Shown piece by piece: positions 26,428-39,311 of a stretch of 64,000 nucleotides of DNA (within the stretch, counting starts at the first letter, position 1; every line of letters starts with the position of its first letter). This stretch comes from Eledone cirrhosa (Eukaryota), in NCBI GenBank assembly GCA_964016885.1, contig OZ024742.1, positions 276,706,001 through 276,770,000 on the forward strand. The letters are read 5' to 3'. The translations under genes and the position numbers were made by a program. Below the pieces are notes generated by a model that saw only the letters and a list, made by a program, of their open reading frames with translations, had not been told where the DNA came from and made no database searches.

Positions 26428-29400
26428 ATAGCAGAGGTACCCGGGAATGCCTGCATATTCTTCCAAAGTAACACCAGGCAGTAAATTTGCGGCTTCAGAA
26501 TTCCTTGTGCAACTACATGACTAAGGAATTAGGATCTGTGTGTATTGTCATTGAATGAGGAATTACGACATTGCTCATTCCAAAGCCTCTGGATAAACAA
26601 CATTCTTGGTTTTGCCCTGAGGTGCCACAATGAAGAGACAATCAGGGTTCCCAACCCTTGTTGTGCCAACATAGAGTTGACCATGTGAATAGACAGGATC
26701 TGCCAGATTCAACCCAACGACTTTCAATGATTGCCCTTGAGATTTATTAATGGTCATAGCAAAACTGAGCCTGATCGGAAATTGAATTCTTTGAAATTCA
26801 AATGGCAAATCAGTTGGCTTCAGACGTATTCTGGGAATGAAACAATTGTCACCAGCAAATTTTCCTGACATGATTGCAACTTCTAGAACATTGGACATCA
26901 TATTTTTGATGATGAGTCTTGTGCCATTACAAAATTTTGGAGGATCCAGATTGCGAAGTAGCATAACTGATGCTCCAAGCTTCAGTATCAGGTTGTGTGG
27001 AGGAATTCCCGCTTGTTCAAGACTGTTCAAAAATTCAGTTGGATAGTTTACAACCTGGTCTTGAGAAGTGATTGTGTCAACTGATTTGTAACATATTTTC
27101 TCTCCCAGTAACATCTCCAGCAGCCTTCTGTAGATTTCTTTCACAGCAACATTTTTAGGTGCTAAGATTGCTCGTTCACAGAGCCATTTCGGATCACATT
27201 GCCTAGTCTGAATGTTTGGAAACACTCTGGCAATTAGTTCTTGTTTTGTGTTAATGATATGGCCAAATGACAACTGAATATGGTCATTGGAGTCCTTTTC
27301 AAGAAGTCCATTTCCTAATTTAAGTAGTTGGATGGCAAACTCACTGACACCTTCGTCACTAGTTAAGTGCACTCGCATGTTGGTTGTAAGGCTCAGCAGC
27401 TGAAAGTGGGGCCAGAGATAGGATGTTTTCAGACAGGCATTGACCTGATCAGCTCGAGTCCCTCGAAGAATTACAGGCAGAGTTTGTCTGAAATCACCAG
27501 CAAGAACCATTGTCACTCCTCCCATTATGCAACTATTTTCTCTCAGATCCCTTATCGTCCGGTCCAAAGCTTCAATTGCTCCTTTATGGCTCATAGTAGC
27601 TTCATCCCAAATTATCATCTTGCATGTTTGCAGAAGCTTGCCCTTGGGTGAGTTCTTCTTGATGTTGCAAAAAGATTGTTCATGCTGCGTGAGATCTATG
27701 GGCAGCTTAAATATGGAGTGTGCAGTTCTTCCTCCATACAGAAGTGTTGCTGCAATGCCACTTGAAGCCACAGCAAAGGCAATATGCTGTGTTTGGCAAG
27801 CAGGAGGTTTATGAGGAATGTCTTGCCTGTGCCAGCAGGAGCATCGATGAAGAAAAGTCCTCCCCTGTCATTTTGAATGTTTTCGATGATGTTGTGGTAA
27901 GCGTATTTCTGGGCATCCATCAATCGAGGTTCATTTTCATCCACAAACTTACGCAATGCTTGAATATCGTAGTTTGTCTACTGAAAAATGTCTTGTGCTA
28001 CCTCCATTTCTTCATCTGGCTCTGGCATCCCGCAGATGCTATTCATTGCCTGAACTCGATGGGACAGGTCACAGAGAGCTTGATTGTAAATTCTGGGGGT
28101 ATATTCCATATACATATTGCCATGATGTCTTCGGTCTAGGTGTAGATAGTTGTCCGACATGTTGTTTTTGTACTCCTGCCAGAGTAAATGAGCTTCATCA
28201 ATTCCACATGCTGTCAGCAAAATAGCAAATAATTGTCTTATTTGACTGGCTACTTGAGTGATTGCTGCTTCTTCTAGGCACTTCTTCCAGTGTCCATTAT
28301 TATGCAGGAGTTCATGCTGTTTACATGCTTCTTGGTATGTTGCGCACTCCCTTCCTCTGAAGCACCTAAGATCCTCAAATGACGTTGGTCCTCGAACAGT
28401 ATGCAGAAGTAGCCGTAAATAAAAACATTCTCTGTTGTTGGGATGGACATTGTAAACACGCCCAATAGCATCACTTGACTTGACTTCATGACCTTCCACT
28501 AAATGACCCTGCTTTCTTTGATTCCAGGTCTTGCAATTGGTCCAGGTGTAGTATGTTGGGACTTCAGCATATAGGAGGGATCGAGCAAATTCATCATTCT
28601 GGCAAAGTTTAAAGAAAGCAGTTAGTGTAGTGTCATGTGATGCTTGTGCCAGCTGATGAGCAGTGATCTCAGTGAAGTACACTCTCTGTCCATGTTCCAG
28701 ATGGACTGCGACGTTGACCACTGTTGGATGGCGTTAGTGGATATCAAATCCAAAGATTCGTCAGATAGCTTCATTGCTGGAGATGTATCGACCTGTTTGA
28801 TACCGTTTGACCTCATCCAGCCCACCATCATTGAGTTCTTTGTCAGTAATAAAGGTAGCCATGTCACTGCCCTTGTTGATATATTTTATGACATATAGGA
28901 TTGCCTTGACGGAGCTGCAATACTCAACATTGATATGAGCTTTTAAAAGTTTACACAATTTGTTGTGTGGGACGCCCCACTGATTGTTTATGGTCAGTTC
29001 CTCCATGTTCTGGTCTACGTCTACGATAAAGGGGGTATCCATTATTGTCAGTCTGATTTTCCCGAATAAAAGCTCTAGGATAATGTATGCTGCATTTTTG
29101 ATCTTTCATGCAGGGAGAGGCTGGATTGATGACTCCACATGGACCAGGAATGAGTTTGGACTTGATGGTTTCAAAGAGCTCTGGAACACCACATTTATCA
29201 GGCAACTCTGCTGAAATGATCTTATCAACATCATCTGGTCTTATCTTCTCCTTGCACTAGATTAGTGTGTGAGAATGAGGAAGACCTCTCTTCTGCCACT
29301 CAATAGTGGTCATCCAAGCACTAAGCTCACCAAAGATTCTTCCCTCTTTTAGGAGCCAGATGAGTTTTTTTTTGCTTTTCATGGAAAACCCGAACAATGG

Positions 29401-29685
29401 GGTTATGTCGATCCTTTGGTTTTTGATTTTGAAATAATTCATTTGATATTTCTGACCAGTTTGAATTGCATGTAAATGTAATGAAGAGATCTGGCCGACC
29501 AAATTTTCTGACATAGGCCATTGCATCATGCGTACGTTCATGCATGTAACGTGGTCCTCCCGTGAAGCTTGATGGTAGTATGACTGGCTGGCCAATATTT
29601 CTTGGGTCAACATCAGAATTGATGGCATCTCTAAGGTGGATGTAGTTATCTGCCCTCAACTTAGTTTGATTCCTTTGTAGAATTA
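26428..29685 (-). mobile_element. Helitron, 5'-truncated and decayed
   Basis: Rep and Pif1 helicase coding remnants, plus a degenerate 3' terminus at ~26428-26455. Confidence 0.92.
26575..29659 (-). pseudogene. Helitron RepHel (HUH endonuclease + Pif1 SF1B helicase), split over at least six ORFs
   Basis: Rep motifs PDLFITFTCN, EWQKRGLPHSH and YVIKYINKG. Helicase motifs DAPAGTGKTF, IIWDEATM, AGDFRQTLPV, FAMTINKSQGQS and HGQLYV. Confidence 0.95.
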
Positions 29686-29714
29686 CCTAATTGAATTCAG
29701 CCAATGTTTGAACA

Positions 29715-29929
29715 TTAACTTTTTAGCATATAAACCAGCCGTATCTGGCCAGAATTCTCTTGCCTGTTTTTGTTCAAACCGGCAGTAACTGGCTGCTCAT
29801 ACTATGTTAAAGTATTCTTCTCAAAATAAATGATATCAAAATCTCATAGATTCGATATTGTGTGAGATAAAGCCTTTACCATGAAAATACAATAGTATAT
29901 ATAGAGTAATGAAAAAGCTAAAGGGTTAA
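29715..29929. mobile_element. piggyBac-type MITE, family 1
   Basis: TTAA|CTTTTTAGCA ... GCTAAAGGG|TTAA; lies ~30 bp from the Helitron truncation point. Confidence 0.8.
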
Positions 29930-31104
29930 CTCGTTGTTGTTTAACCCAAAGTTAGTCCTGATTGAGCAAACTTATGTTTAAAATAATTTCAGTCATGATT
30001 ATTCTATCTTTATTTTTTTAAGATAGTGTATCCAGAACTACATTATTCAATGTGTCCTTGATTTTTAAAATGGTAGAGATTAATTTGAAAAAAATCTGGT
30101 TGCTATTGCTAGACGGTTCAATAACCTCATAGAAGTTTTCTTATCACAAATGCTTGAATTTATATGTTTATATATACAGATAAATGTATACTCAGCAAAT
30201 TTTAAAAACCAAATTATACACTAGTACGACTGTTGCTTACATTTTAAGTTCTCATTTATTTTAATTTCATGTTGCTAGTTCAATTTTTTCATCACAGCTA
30301 TCTTATTCCTGCTTGCATTCATTCTTTCAAATAAAAATCTGAGATTTTAATAAAATTTTCACCAAAAATATTTGCTTTTGTTATTTTCTTTTTTGTTTTA
30401 TTATCAGATATTTCATATTCTATAAAGAGATTGGAACAACATGGCTAATTTTAAGACACAACAGTTCAGCTATTTTACATCTATTACTATTAATACATAT
30501 TTTAGAAGAGAGTTTCTTTTGATGTAAAGGACTTTGTTCATTAAACAGTTATATCCTTGAACAAGTCAGTTTATTTCATGGAGCTCTTTCTGCCAGGAGT
30601 TGTGACCAGTAGAAAGTATCAACAATGGAAAAACCAAATGGAAACATTGTTTCCTTGGTCTGATTTGACAAGTTTCACTCCACTCAGTAAATGAATGAGG
30701 TCTGAGATCTTGTTAATCAATCATCATCATCATCATCTTCGTTTAACGTCCATCTTCCACGCTAGCATGGGTTAGACAATATATGTATATATTATGAAGG
30801 TATGTGATTAGAGAATTGGATTCACAATCATGAAGTGGTGCTAAGTTGCATCAGCCGTTGCCTTTCTCTTGGACAACATTGGTCTTCCACAAAAACACCT
30901 TACTTGGGCTTGTGGCTCAGAGGGAAACTTTCTAGGTGCAAATCCTATGGTCATTCGTGACAAAAGGAGGAACTTTTCTTTCATCATCATCGTTTAACGT
31001 CCATTTTCCACGCTAGCATGGGTTAGATGGGAGTTGTTCCACTTGAGGCAAGGTTGGTCAGGTGACCATGACTCGCTCATTTCCTATATATATATGTAGC
31101 ATGT

Positions 31105-31587
31105 TCACACTAGTGCAGTCTTGTGTGTAAGAGAGAAGACTACACTGGTGTAGATATGTGAGACATGCAGATGATAGACACTGGGTGAAGAAGTGACAGG
31201 ACATGTCTGTGAAAGAAGACCTGGGCTGAGATAGTTAGAGTTGATCTTAAAACACTAAACCTCACAGAGGAGATGATGAAGGATCACTAACAGTTAAGGG
31301 AGGAAGTGCTGGAAGAAAACCTGTCCAACCCATATAAACATGGAGAAACAGACATATAATGATGATGATGCGCATGGAAGATGACCACTGGGTGAAGAAG
31401 TGCCAAGTAATCCCAGTGGAAGGAAGACCACAGAAAACATGGGCAGAGATGGTGAGAGTTGGCCTCAGATTGCTGAAGCTCACAGAGGAGATGATGAAAG
31501 ACCGTGACAAATGGAGAGATGCTGTGCTGAAGAGGACCTGTCCCACCCATGTAAACATGGAGAAGCAAACATATAATGATAATGATG
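31105..31587 (+). mobile_element. Two tandem RTE LINE 3' ends
   Basis: Two diverged copies of HWVKKC...KTWAE...CCCATGTAAACATGGAGAA...(GAT)n. Confidence 0.75.
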
Positions 31588-31675
31588 TGTTGTATCTCTT
31601 TATTAGTATTGTTTCATGCATGTGTATGGCTGTACCTATACATCCACATGGCTGTATATGCCTTACCTAAATACA

Positions 31676-32052
31676 AAGTAAAACCTACTACAGTCAGTAG
31701 GCATCTCTAACAAAATACACCCCCGTATCACCACCCCCACCGCCCCTTTTAATGTAAAGTTATGTTGGTGCCACAACATCTAGGCTGAAACAAATGAGAT
31801 CGTGTAGGTGTCACGACAAAAAAACACACAGTCCACGCTGTAATGTGGCCGTGTAGGCAACACGGTAAAAACCTCCCAGCCCCACACTTTGAATGTGGTG
31901 GTGTTAGGAAGGGCATCCAGCTCTAGAAAACCCGCCAGACAGTCCTATGCGAGCAATGACAACCACTCTTGCCTCAAGTGGGAAAACTCCTGTCCAAACC
32001 CATGCAAGCGTGGAACATGGACGTTAAACGATGATGATGATGATGATGATGA
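31676..32052 (+). mobile_element. Young RTE 3' UTR with (GAT)n tail
   Basis: Close reverse complement of 40621-41000. Confidence 0.88.
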
Positions 32053-32054
32053 TA

Positions 32055-32968
32055 TATGCAAGCAGCAAACGACCACAGGAAACAAGCACCACCAAACTCT
32101 GGGAGGGCTCTGTAGAAACAGTAGACAGCTTCTGCTACCTAGATGACCGAATTAGCAGCAGAGGTGGGTGTTCGGAAAGTGCAATAAGTAGGGTGAGAAC
32201 AGGATGGAAGAAGTTCAGGGAGCTACTGCACTGCTAGCTGCAAAAAGCTTTTCCTTCAAAATGAAAGGCAGATTGTATGATGCGTGTATATGAACAGCAA
32301 TGTTACATGGAAGTGAAATCTGGGCGCTGTCTGTAGAAGGCTTGCGCAGATTAGAAAGAAACAAAGCTTGTATGCTCCGATGGATGTGTAATAGTAATAT
32401 ACGCGAACGGCAAAGCATAAACGAATTGAGAGAGAGACTGAGCATAAAAGGAATCAAATGGTGTGTGCAGGAGAGGAGGTTGCATTGGTATGGACATGTG
32501 ATGCGTATGAAGGATGACAGTTGCATAAAAAGGTGCAGAGCACTAGAAGTCGATGGAAGCCGCGGAGTGGGGAGACCCAAGAAGACCTAGGATGAGGTGA
32601 TAAAAGCCGACCTTACCCAATTGCACCTCTCAAGGGCGATGACACAGGACTGCAACCTCTGGCGTCACACAGTAATACAGAAGACCCGACTTCCCACGGG
32701 TACAAGCCAAAACTGAAGCATATAGACAATATGCCCCATCCCCACTGCAAAAAAGCACCCAGCCCACACTGTAAAGTGGGCGTGTAGGCACCACGGAAAA
32801 AAAGCACCTAGCACTCACTGTAAATGAGGTTGGTGTTAGAAGGGCATCAAGCCAGAATTAGAGCCCATATGAGAAAGACAAGGTCAGTCGACCGGACACT
32901 GACCACAACAGGACAACCCATCTAACCCATGCTAGCATGGAAGAACGGACGTAAAACAGTGATGATGA
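32055..32968 (+). mobile_element. 5'-truncated RTE LINE with a different 3' UTR
   Basis: DSFCYL, GWKKFREL, MLHGSEIW, RRLHWYGHVMRM and GRPKKT; GATGAT tail running into (TA)n. Confidence 0.88.
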
Positions 32969-35829
32969 TTTTATATATATATATATATATACACATTGCG
33001 TCATGTATGTGGTAAACTACTAGAACATGAAAATAGGTACAGAGTGAGACATGTATTAACTGTAGCATGCACACACACATTTGTGTGTGTGTCTATAAGC
33101 TGGAACTTGTATTTCACATTCCTTACAATCACTACTCATAGCTAAAATGAGCACTACAAAAGCCATCTGCAGACAATAAATTAGTATATTTTCGGAGGAC
33201 TAATTAACTAGGAAGCATAATCACATGCACCTGATTAGATCTCTCACAATGAAGGTTTTATGCTTTCTCTCACTGATTCCTTACTGATTTTAATTGTTCT
33301 ATTTTATTATTTTATTTCTTTAACTTCTAGTGTACTATTTCCTATTTATTTATTATTTTCTATTTTCTAGACATATTTCATACTTTGGTTTATTTAGTCA
33401 GTTATATTTTGTTTATGTTTCAATATTTATTGATTGATTTATTGTATGTTACTGAAGTTATAGTAAATAATAAAATTACATAATATTATAGTTATGTAGT
33501 GAAGTGTGTTGCTTAGTGGTCAGGGAATTGTATTCACAATCATGCGTTTTGTCCTTGAGCAAGACATTATATTTCACATTGTTCTTTCTGCCAGAAGTTG
33601 CAACCAGTAGATAGCATCAACAATGGAAAGACCAATGGAAACATTGTTTCCTTGGCCCAATTTGACAATTTCCATCCCACTCAGTGAGCAAATAAAGTCT
33701 GGAATCTTCACATCTATTTACATGCTTGCATTGGGTTAGATGAGCTATCATGTACTGAAGCTAGACTTGTCAGATGACTAAGTCTTGCTTGTATGCTCTG
33801 TTTTTGGCTTGGTTTCTACAGCTAGATGTCCTTCTTAAAGCCAACCACTTTACAATGTGCATTGGGATCATTTTATTGTAACTCCACCACTACTGTCTTA
33901 CAAGGTGGATTAGTGGTTTTTATTGTGGTACCAGCAATACTGCCTTACAGTGCAGACTGGATGTTTTTCATTGTGGTGCCAACACTACTAATTTACAGGG
34001 TAGACTGGGTGCATTTTATTGTGGCATTAGTACTACCACTTTTCAGAGTGGGCTGTATGTATTTTATCATGGCTTCAACACTACCCTATTACAATACTAG
34101 GGTGCTCGGTTTGATGAGCTATCATGTACTGAAGCTACTTATCAGGTGACCACATCTTGTTCATATGCTCCATTTTGGGCTTGGTTTAGGGTTGATTTAT
34201 TCAACTTTTCTCTTCTCCCAAATTTGCAGGCCTTGTGCCTAATTTAGAAATGAATAAAAAAAATATTTATTAAAATAACTATAGTAATTTAAGTCTGTAG
34301 ATGTTTGCAATTTGGAGCAATATGAATGAGAAAAACAAATTTTAAATATCAAGAAAAACTAAGTATTCTGATTTTAATTGGATGGTGAGAAAAAAATTAA
34401 AAAGTTATAACATTTTTGATTTTTCTCACAGATAATGCCTACATGTGAAGTGCAATGTAGCATGGAAATGAAACATGGGCAGTAAATGCAGAGGATATGT
34501 GGTAGCTTGAGATAAATGAAGTGAGCATGTTTCAATGGATGTCCGATGTTAATATGCAAAACATGGATAAGTTAAAATAAAAACCGAATATAAGAGGGAT
34601 TAAATGTAGTGTGCAAGAGAGACGACTGCACTGTTATGGACATGTGATGATTGTTGGGTGAACAGTCAGGAATTCCTACTGGACTATCAGGAGTTCCTAG
34701 TGGAAAAAGGTGCAGTAGAGGAAGATTTGGGCAGAAATGTTGTAAGCAGATTTCAAAATGTTGAACTTCATAGAGGAAGTGCTAAAGGAACAGAGTATGT
34801 GTGCTGGAAGGGACCCTTCCAAGCATGCAAAAGTGGACATAAAGGAGGATGAAGTGGAGGATGTATTATTCTATCACATGTTCCAGCCGACAAGCTGAGG
34901 CTATGAAGTCAATTAGCAACTGAAACCAGTCTACATACTCTACTTGCTCGATTATATTATAAGATGCTCACCTACTATAATTTAGCAACTTTATATTTCT
35001 GTTGGAACAAAAAATTCACTAAACAATGTAGCTCACCAAATACTGTGAAAACACTGCTGCTGAGTCACAAGTCAATCTTGTTGATTTCTCATTTAGACAC
35101 AAGACTTATGAGTAATTTGGATACCAACCTGGCCAAAGCTGCCTCTGGTTCTATGAAACTGAACCACTCATTTTAAAAGGTACCTATTTCAGTTAAAATC
35201 TACCATCATAATTCTATACAAAAACCTTTTGTTAAGATATGTTACATACAATTCTTCATTAATTAATTCAAATTCGAGGTTAACTTTGCCTTTCATCCTT
35301 ACGGGGTCGATAAAATAAAGTACCAGTAATGCACTGGGTAATTGCTGGCCTTGTGCCTAACGTAGAAACAATTAATTAATTCAAATTCAGAGCATTTCAT
35401 TAAAAATATGTTAATGGAAGGGCTAAATTTTGTGACATAGTCATTCTTGGGGACATTTGTTAAGGAAAAGCAAAGAAATAGGAATTGAAACTAGCAACAC
35501 ATTGACAACTTACTTGCTACTCTGCAGCATTTGACACATCAACATGCTATTGTATTGTGTGGTGGTGGTTCCTTTTGGAGATAATTATCATTATTCAAGT
35601 TACATTATTTTTTACTGCTGGTATTCTATTATTAGTTACTTCACTTAGCCTCATTTGAGCAGACTTTTAGCACAATGATAGCTAATCAAATATTCAGGAG
35701 AAAGCAATATATATTGGATATCTCAAGGTAAGAATGTTTGGTGTGTTTGTTTGGATCAAACAATATTGTCATGAGTTTTCCTTCTTTGTCATTGGAGTTA
35801 GCAACAAATGGCCATGATATTGATATTTT

Positions 35830-37830
35830 AGGTAAATTATAGAGCCATATCTCTGATGGTCCCATGGCTTTACCATTCTTTATCTCCTTGATTGCTTCTT
35901 TGACCCTATAGTCGATAGTTTTGATAGCTGGTCCCTCTGTTGGGTCAGATGGGGGTAGTCTCTCCTCTTCATATTCATCAGTCTCTTTCCTTTGAGTATC
36001 AGTGATGCTAAGTGCACCAGTGTCATTTTGAACACACTTTTCCCCAACAACATCTTGATTCACACTGACTGCTTTGCAATATGGAACACCTCATGTCAAG
36101 ACATTTGCAAATCTTCTTTCACTCTCTTTTCATGCTGTATAATCTAGGGAGTTGTCATCTAGCTTCTCTTTTAGCTACCTGGTACTGGTCTCAGCTACCC
36201 CCATTTTTCCAGTTTTTCCATGCCTGTCTCTTGGCCTTAATAGCTCTATCCTCTGTGCTGTTCCACCACCAAGTCACCTTCTGTTTGGCTGGTGATTTGC
36301 TCCAGCCACAAGTCTCACCAATAGTTCCAAATAAGTTGTTAAGTAAGAATTTCCAATTGTCCTCTATGGCATATGAATCTAACTTATTTTCCTTTTCATC
36401 ATATGCATCCCATAGAGTCTTTCATCATCATCATCATTTTACGTCCGCTTTTCCCTGCTTGCAAGGGTGGGACGGGTCTTATTCAGCACAGCATCTCTCC
36501 ACCGTGAGCTTCAATGATCTGAGGTCTGTTCTCACCACCTCCGCCCATGTTTTTCGTGGTCTACCTCTACCACGTCTTCCTTCAACTGGCATTTCCTGGC
36601 ACTTCTTCACCCATCGGTCATCCTCCATACCACCTCAGTCTCCTCTCCCGTACACTACATTCTATCCCTCTCAGACACAGTTTCTCTCTCAACACATTTA
36701 CACTGCACATCCAATGGAGCATGCTTGCCTCATTTCTCTCCAGCCGTCGCATATCCTCTGCGGTTGCTGCCCATGTCTCACTACCATGCAGCATCGCGCT
36801 CCTCACACAGGCATCATACAACCGGCCTTTCGTACGCAGGGAGAAACCCTTCTTCGTCAACAGAGGAAGCAGCTCCCTAAACTTCTTCCAACCCGTCCTT
36901 ATTCTAGATACTATGGCCTCGAACACCCTCCTCCCATGCTAATGGTACCGGAAGCTATCCACCACTTCTATAGCGCCCTCTCGCATTTGAAAAATGTGTC
37001 TATCAGTGCGACTTCTACTGTCTAATTTCCCTGTACATCTACTGCATACATATTTCTCCCTACCTGTTATTTTCCTTTTCATCATAAACTTATATTTGAC
37101 AGAAAGTTCCTTTTGCTTCCATTCTCTCTATCTCCATATTTCCTTATGTGTCTTGTTCTGTCTTGTGTTTATTTTGATATCACTAATAACTAACTTGTGT
37201 TGGGTGGCACATTCTTCCATAGGGAAGGTGTTGGCATTGATAAACATCTGTCTATCTTGTCTTACAAGTAAGAAATTAATCTGGCTTGTGGTAAGTCATT
37301 AGATGCCTGGCAGGTTTCCTGAAGTTAGTGTTGCATCATCAAATTCTAGGAGCCTCATTCTCTCCTCATGAGAGAGCAATAACCATATCCACCATAAACT
37401 TCAGTGAATCCATCCTGGCACTGTCCATCATGTACATTGAAGTCAGCTGTCAAGATGATGCTGTCTCTGTCATCTGTAAACATTCCTTATAGAAGCTGTC
37501 CTTTTGTTCTTTACTCAGTCCTGTCTATAGTGCATAGGTAGATGTAATTGTCACCATTCTATTTCCTACAGCTATTCTAAGCTTGATAATTCCATCATTT
37601 ACTCTATCTCTCAATTTCTCAGCTAGTAAAATGTCTACACCACCTACCTCATTATCATTTCTTATCCAGAAAAGCTTGTATCTCTGCCATTTGCTTGTTA
37701 GTAGTTTCACCGGAGCACCCCTCCATTACACCTCATGTATACAGCATACATCTACTTGTCTTCTCTCCAGCAACTCATCAGTTTTACCTGATCCACCTTT
37801 CAGAGTGCCCACATTGAGTGCGGCAGCCCG
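35830..37830 (-). mobile_element. Decayed RTE LINE (APE to RT N-terminus) interrupted by a younger RTE 3' fragment
   Basis: Minus strand reads TLNVGTLKG, GGVDILLAEK, ITSTYAL and KNGKAMGPSEI. Confidence 0.75.
36423..36995 (-). mobile_element. Younger RTE 3' fragment
   Basis: ORF 36618-36926 (GWKKFRELLPLL, MLHGSETW) and (GAT)n tail. Confidence 0.88.
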
Positions 37831-38500
37831 AGATGTGTTACTTGACAGTGATTAGATCCTAGAGTAGTGCTTGATGATGGCCGAGAGGTTCTTTCACGAC
37901 TACTCTAGCCAACCCCACTACCGCGCACAGCACTAACATGACTAGTGTTAGTCCTGTATACACAATCGGTGATAATCTTATTTGTTGTGCTTTTCATAAT
38001 TTTGGCAGGGTTTTTGTGGCTGGATGCACTTTCTATCACTGACCACTATACAGCATGGACTGGGTGCATTATTCATGCCACCAGTATTAGAGTCATTATC
38101 TTACTGGGCTCAAAAGTCCTCTCCACCCTATAGCAGAAGTTGTCAAGCTAAATAGTCTCCACCCCATTTCAAGTCTTCAGTTTACTTGGGGAGTTCTCTG
38201 GATTTTGGTGCAATAGTATCCGCAAACCTGTTTCTGACTTCCTTATCTGCCAGTGCTTCTTATTTTATCTTGTAGGTCAAGCAGAACCTACAGGTTTTAT
38301 GGGCTCTCATGGCTTTAGTTAGTCTCAAGCTGCAGATAACTAGCTGGTGATCAGTTGACAGATCAGCCCCTCTCTTAACTCTTTAGTATTTACATTACTC
38401 TATATTTACTATTATATTTCCACATAAAAGGCTTTATCTCACATAATATCATACTGAGGAGTCAGTTACAGCTGGTTTCAACAGAAAGAGGTGAAAGAAC

Positions 38501-39311
38501 TATAGCGAGAATACTGCGTTGCATGAATGTAACAAAACGAGACATGGTTTGTGTGTATAATATTTAATTAACGGTAGATAGAATACTTGACATGTCAAAG
38601 ATAGATGTTAGAATGAAACAAAGTTAGTAGTTACCGTTTTGATTGCCAGGCAAACGCGGCTGGCAGAGGGCGCCTGGCTAAGGCCAGGCGCCTGTTGGCC
38701 AAATTAATGGCAGAGCCAAATGAGAGGCTCTTCGACCTGGTGCCGAAAAGGCAAAGAGAGAGAGGAAGCTTAAAGCCGCCAGTTTTATAGGGCTCCGACC
38801 GGAAGTTGCAGAAAGGGCTCCACCTCCCGTCCAGATCCCAATCAAAACAAGGGAGACAACCGCTACATAACCTCCCGCCAGAATTTTAGTGTATAAAAAT
38901 CGAAATGAAAATATGTAGCAAGTTGGCGAGAATGTTGTAACAGGCATGAAAATTACGACAAAAGAATGTTTGGAAAAATCAATGATTATCACGTCGGGGT
39001 CACCAATATAGCGAGAATACTGGGTTGCATGAATGTAACAAAACGAGACATGGTTTGTGTGTATAATATTTAATTAACGGTAGATAGAATACTTGACATG
39101 TCAAAGATAGATGTTAGAATGAAACAAAGTTAGTAGTTACCGTTTTGATTGCCAGGCAAACGCGGCTGGCAGAGGGCGCCTGGCTAAGGCCAGGCGCCTG
39201 TTGGCCAAATTAATGGCAGAGCCAAATGAGAGGCTCTTCGACCTGGTGCCGAAAAGGCAAAGAGAGAGAGGAAGCTTAAAGCCGCCAGTTTTATAGGGCT
39301 CCGACCGGAAG
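38501..39311 (-). mobile_element. Miniature non-autonomous LTR retrotransposon (TRIM-like)
   Basis: Direct repeats 38501-38805 and 39007-39311 differ at one base. Full 3' LTR is 38501-38867 (minus TGTAGCG...CGCTATA). Internal region of 139 bp holds a PBS and a polypurine-tract (PPT)-like GGCGGGAGG. Confidence 0.88.
38988..39005 (-). promoter_or_regulatory. Primer-binding site complementary to the tRNA-Trp 3' end
   Basis: Minus strand TGGTGACCCCGACGTGAT, 1 nt after the LTR; same 18-mer as the Rous sarcoma virus tRNA-Trp PBS. Confidence 0.92.

Noticed and set aside
26575-27771. Host PIF1 helicase gene
   Set aside because: Intronless and continuous with HUH Rep motifs, so it is Helitron-derived.
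33840-34100. CRISPR-like repeated motif (TTTACAG.GT.GACTGG.TG.ATTTT...GGCAC)
   Set aside because: Degenerate ~46-bp tandem units without unique spacers, related to retroelement 3' UTR repeats; eukaryotic context and no cas genes.
36081-37025. 314-aa plus-strand ORF
   Set aside because: Antisense shadow across two minus-strand RTE fragments; the His run is the (CAT)n tail.
38988-39005. tRNA-Trp gene
   Set aside because: Only the 3' 18 nt including CCA are present, next to an LTR, so it is a PBS.
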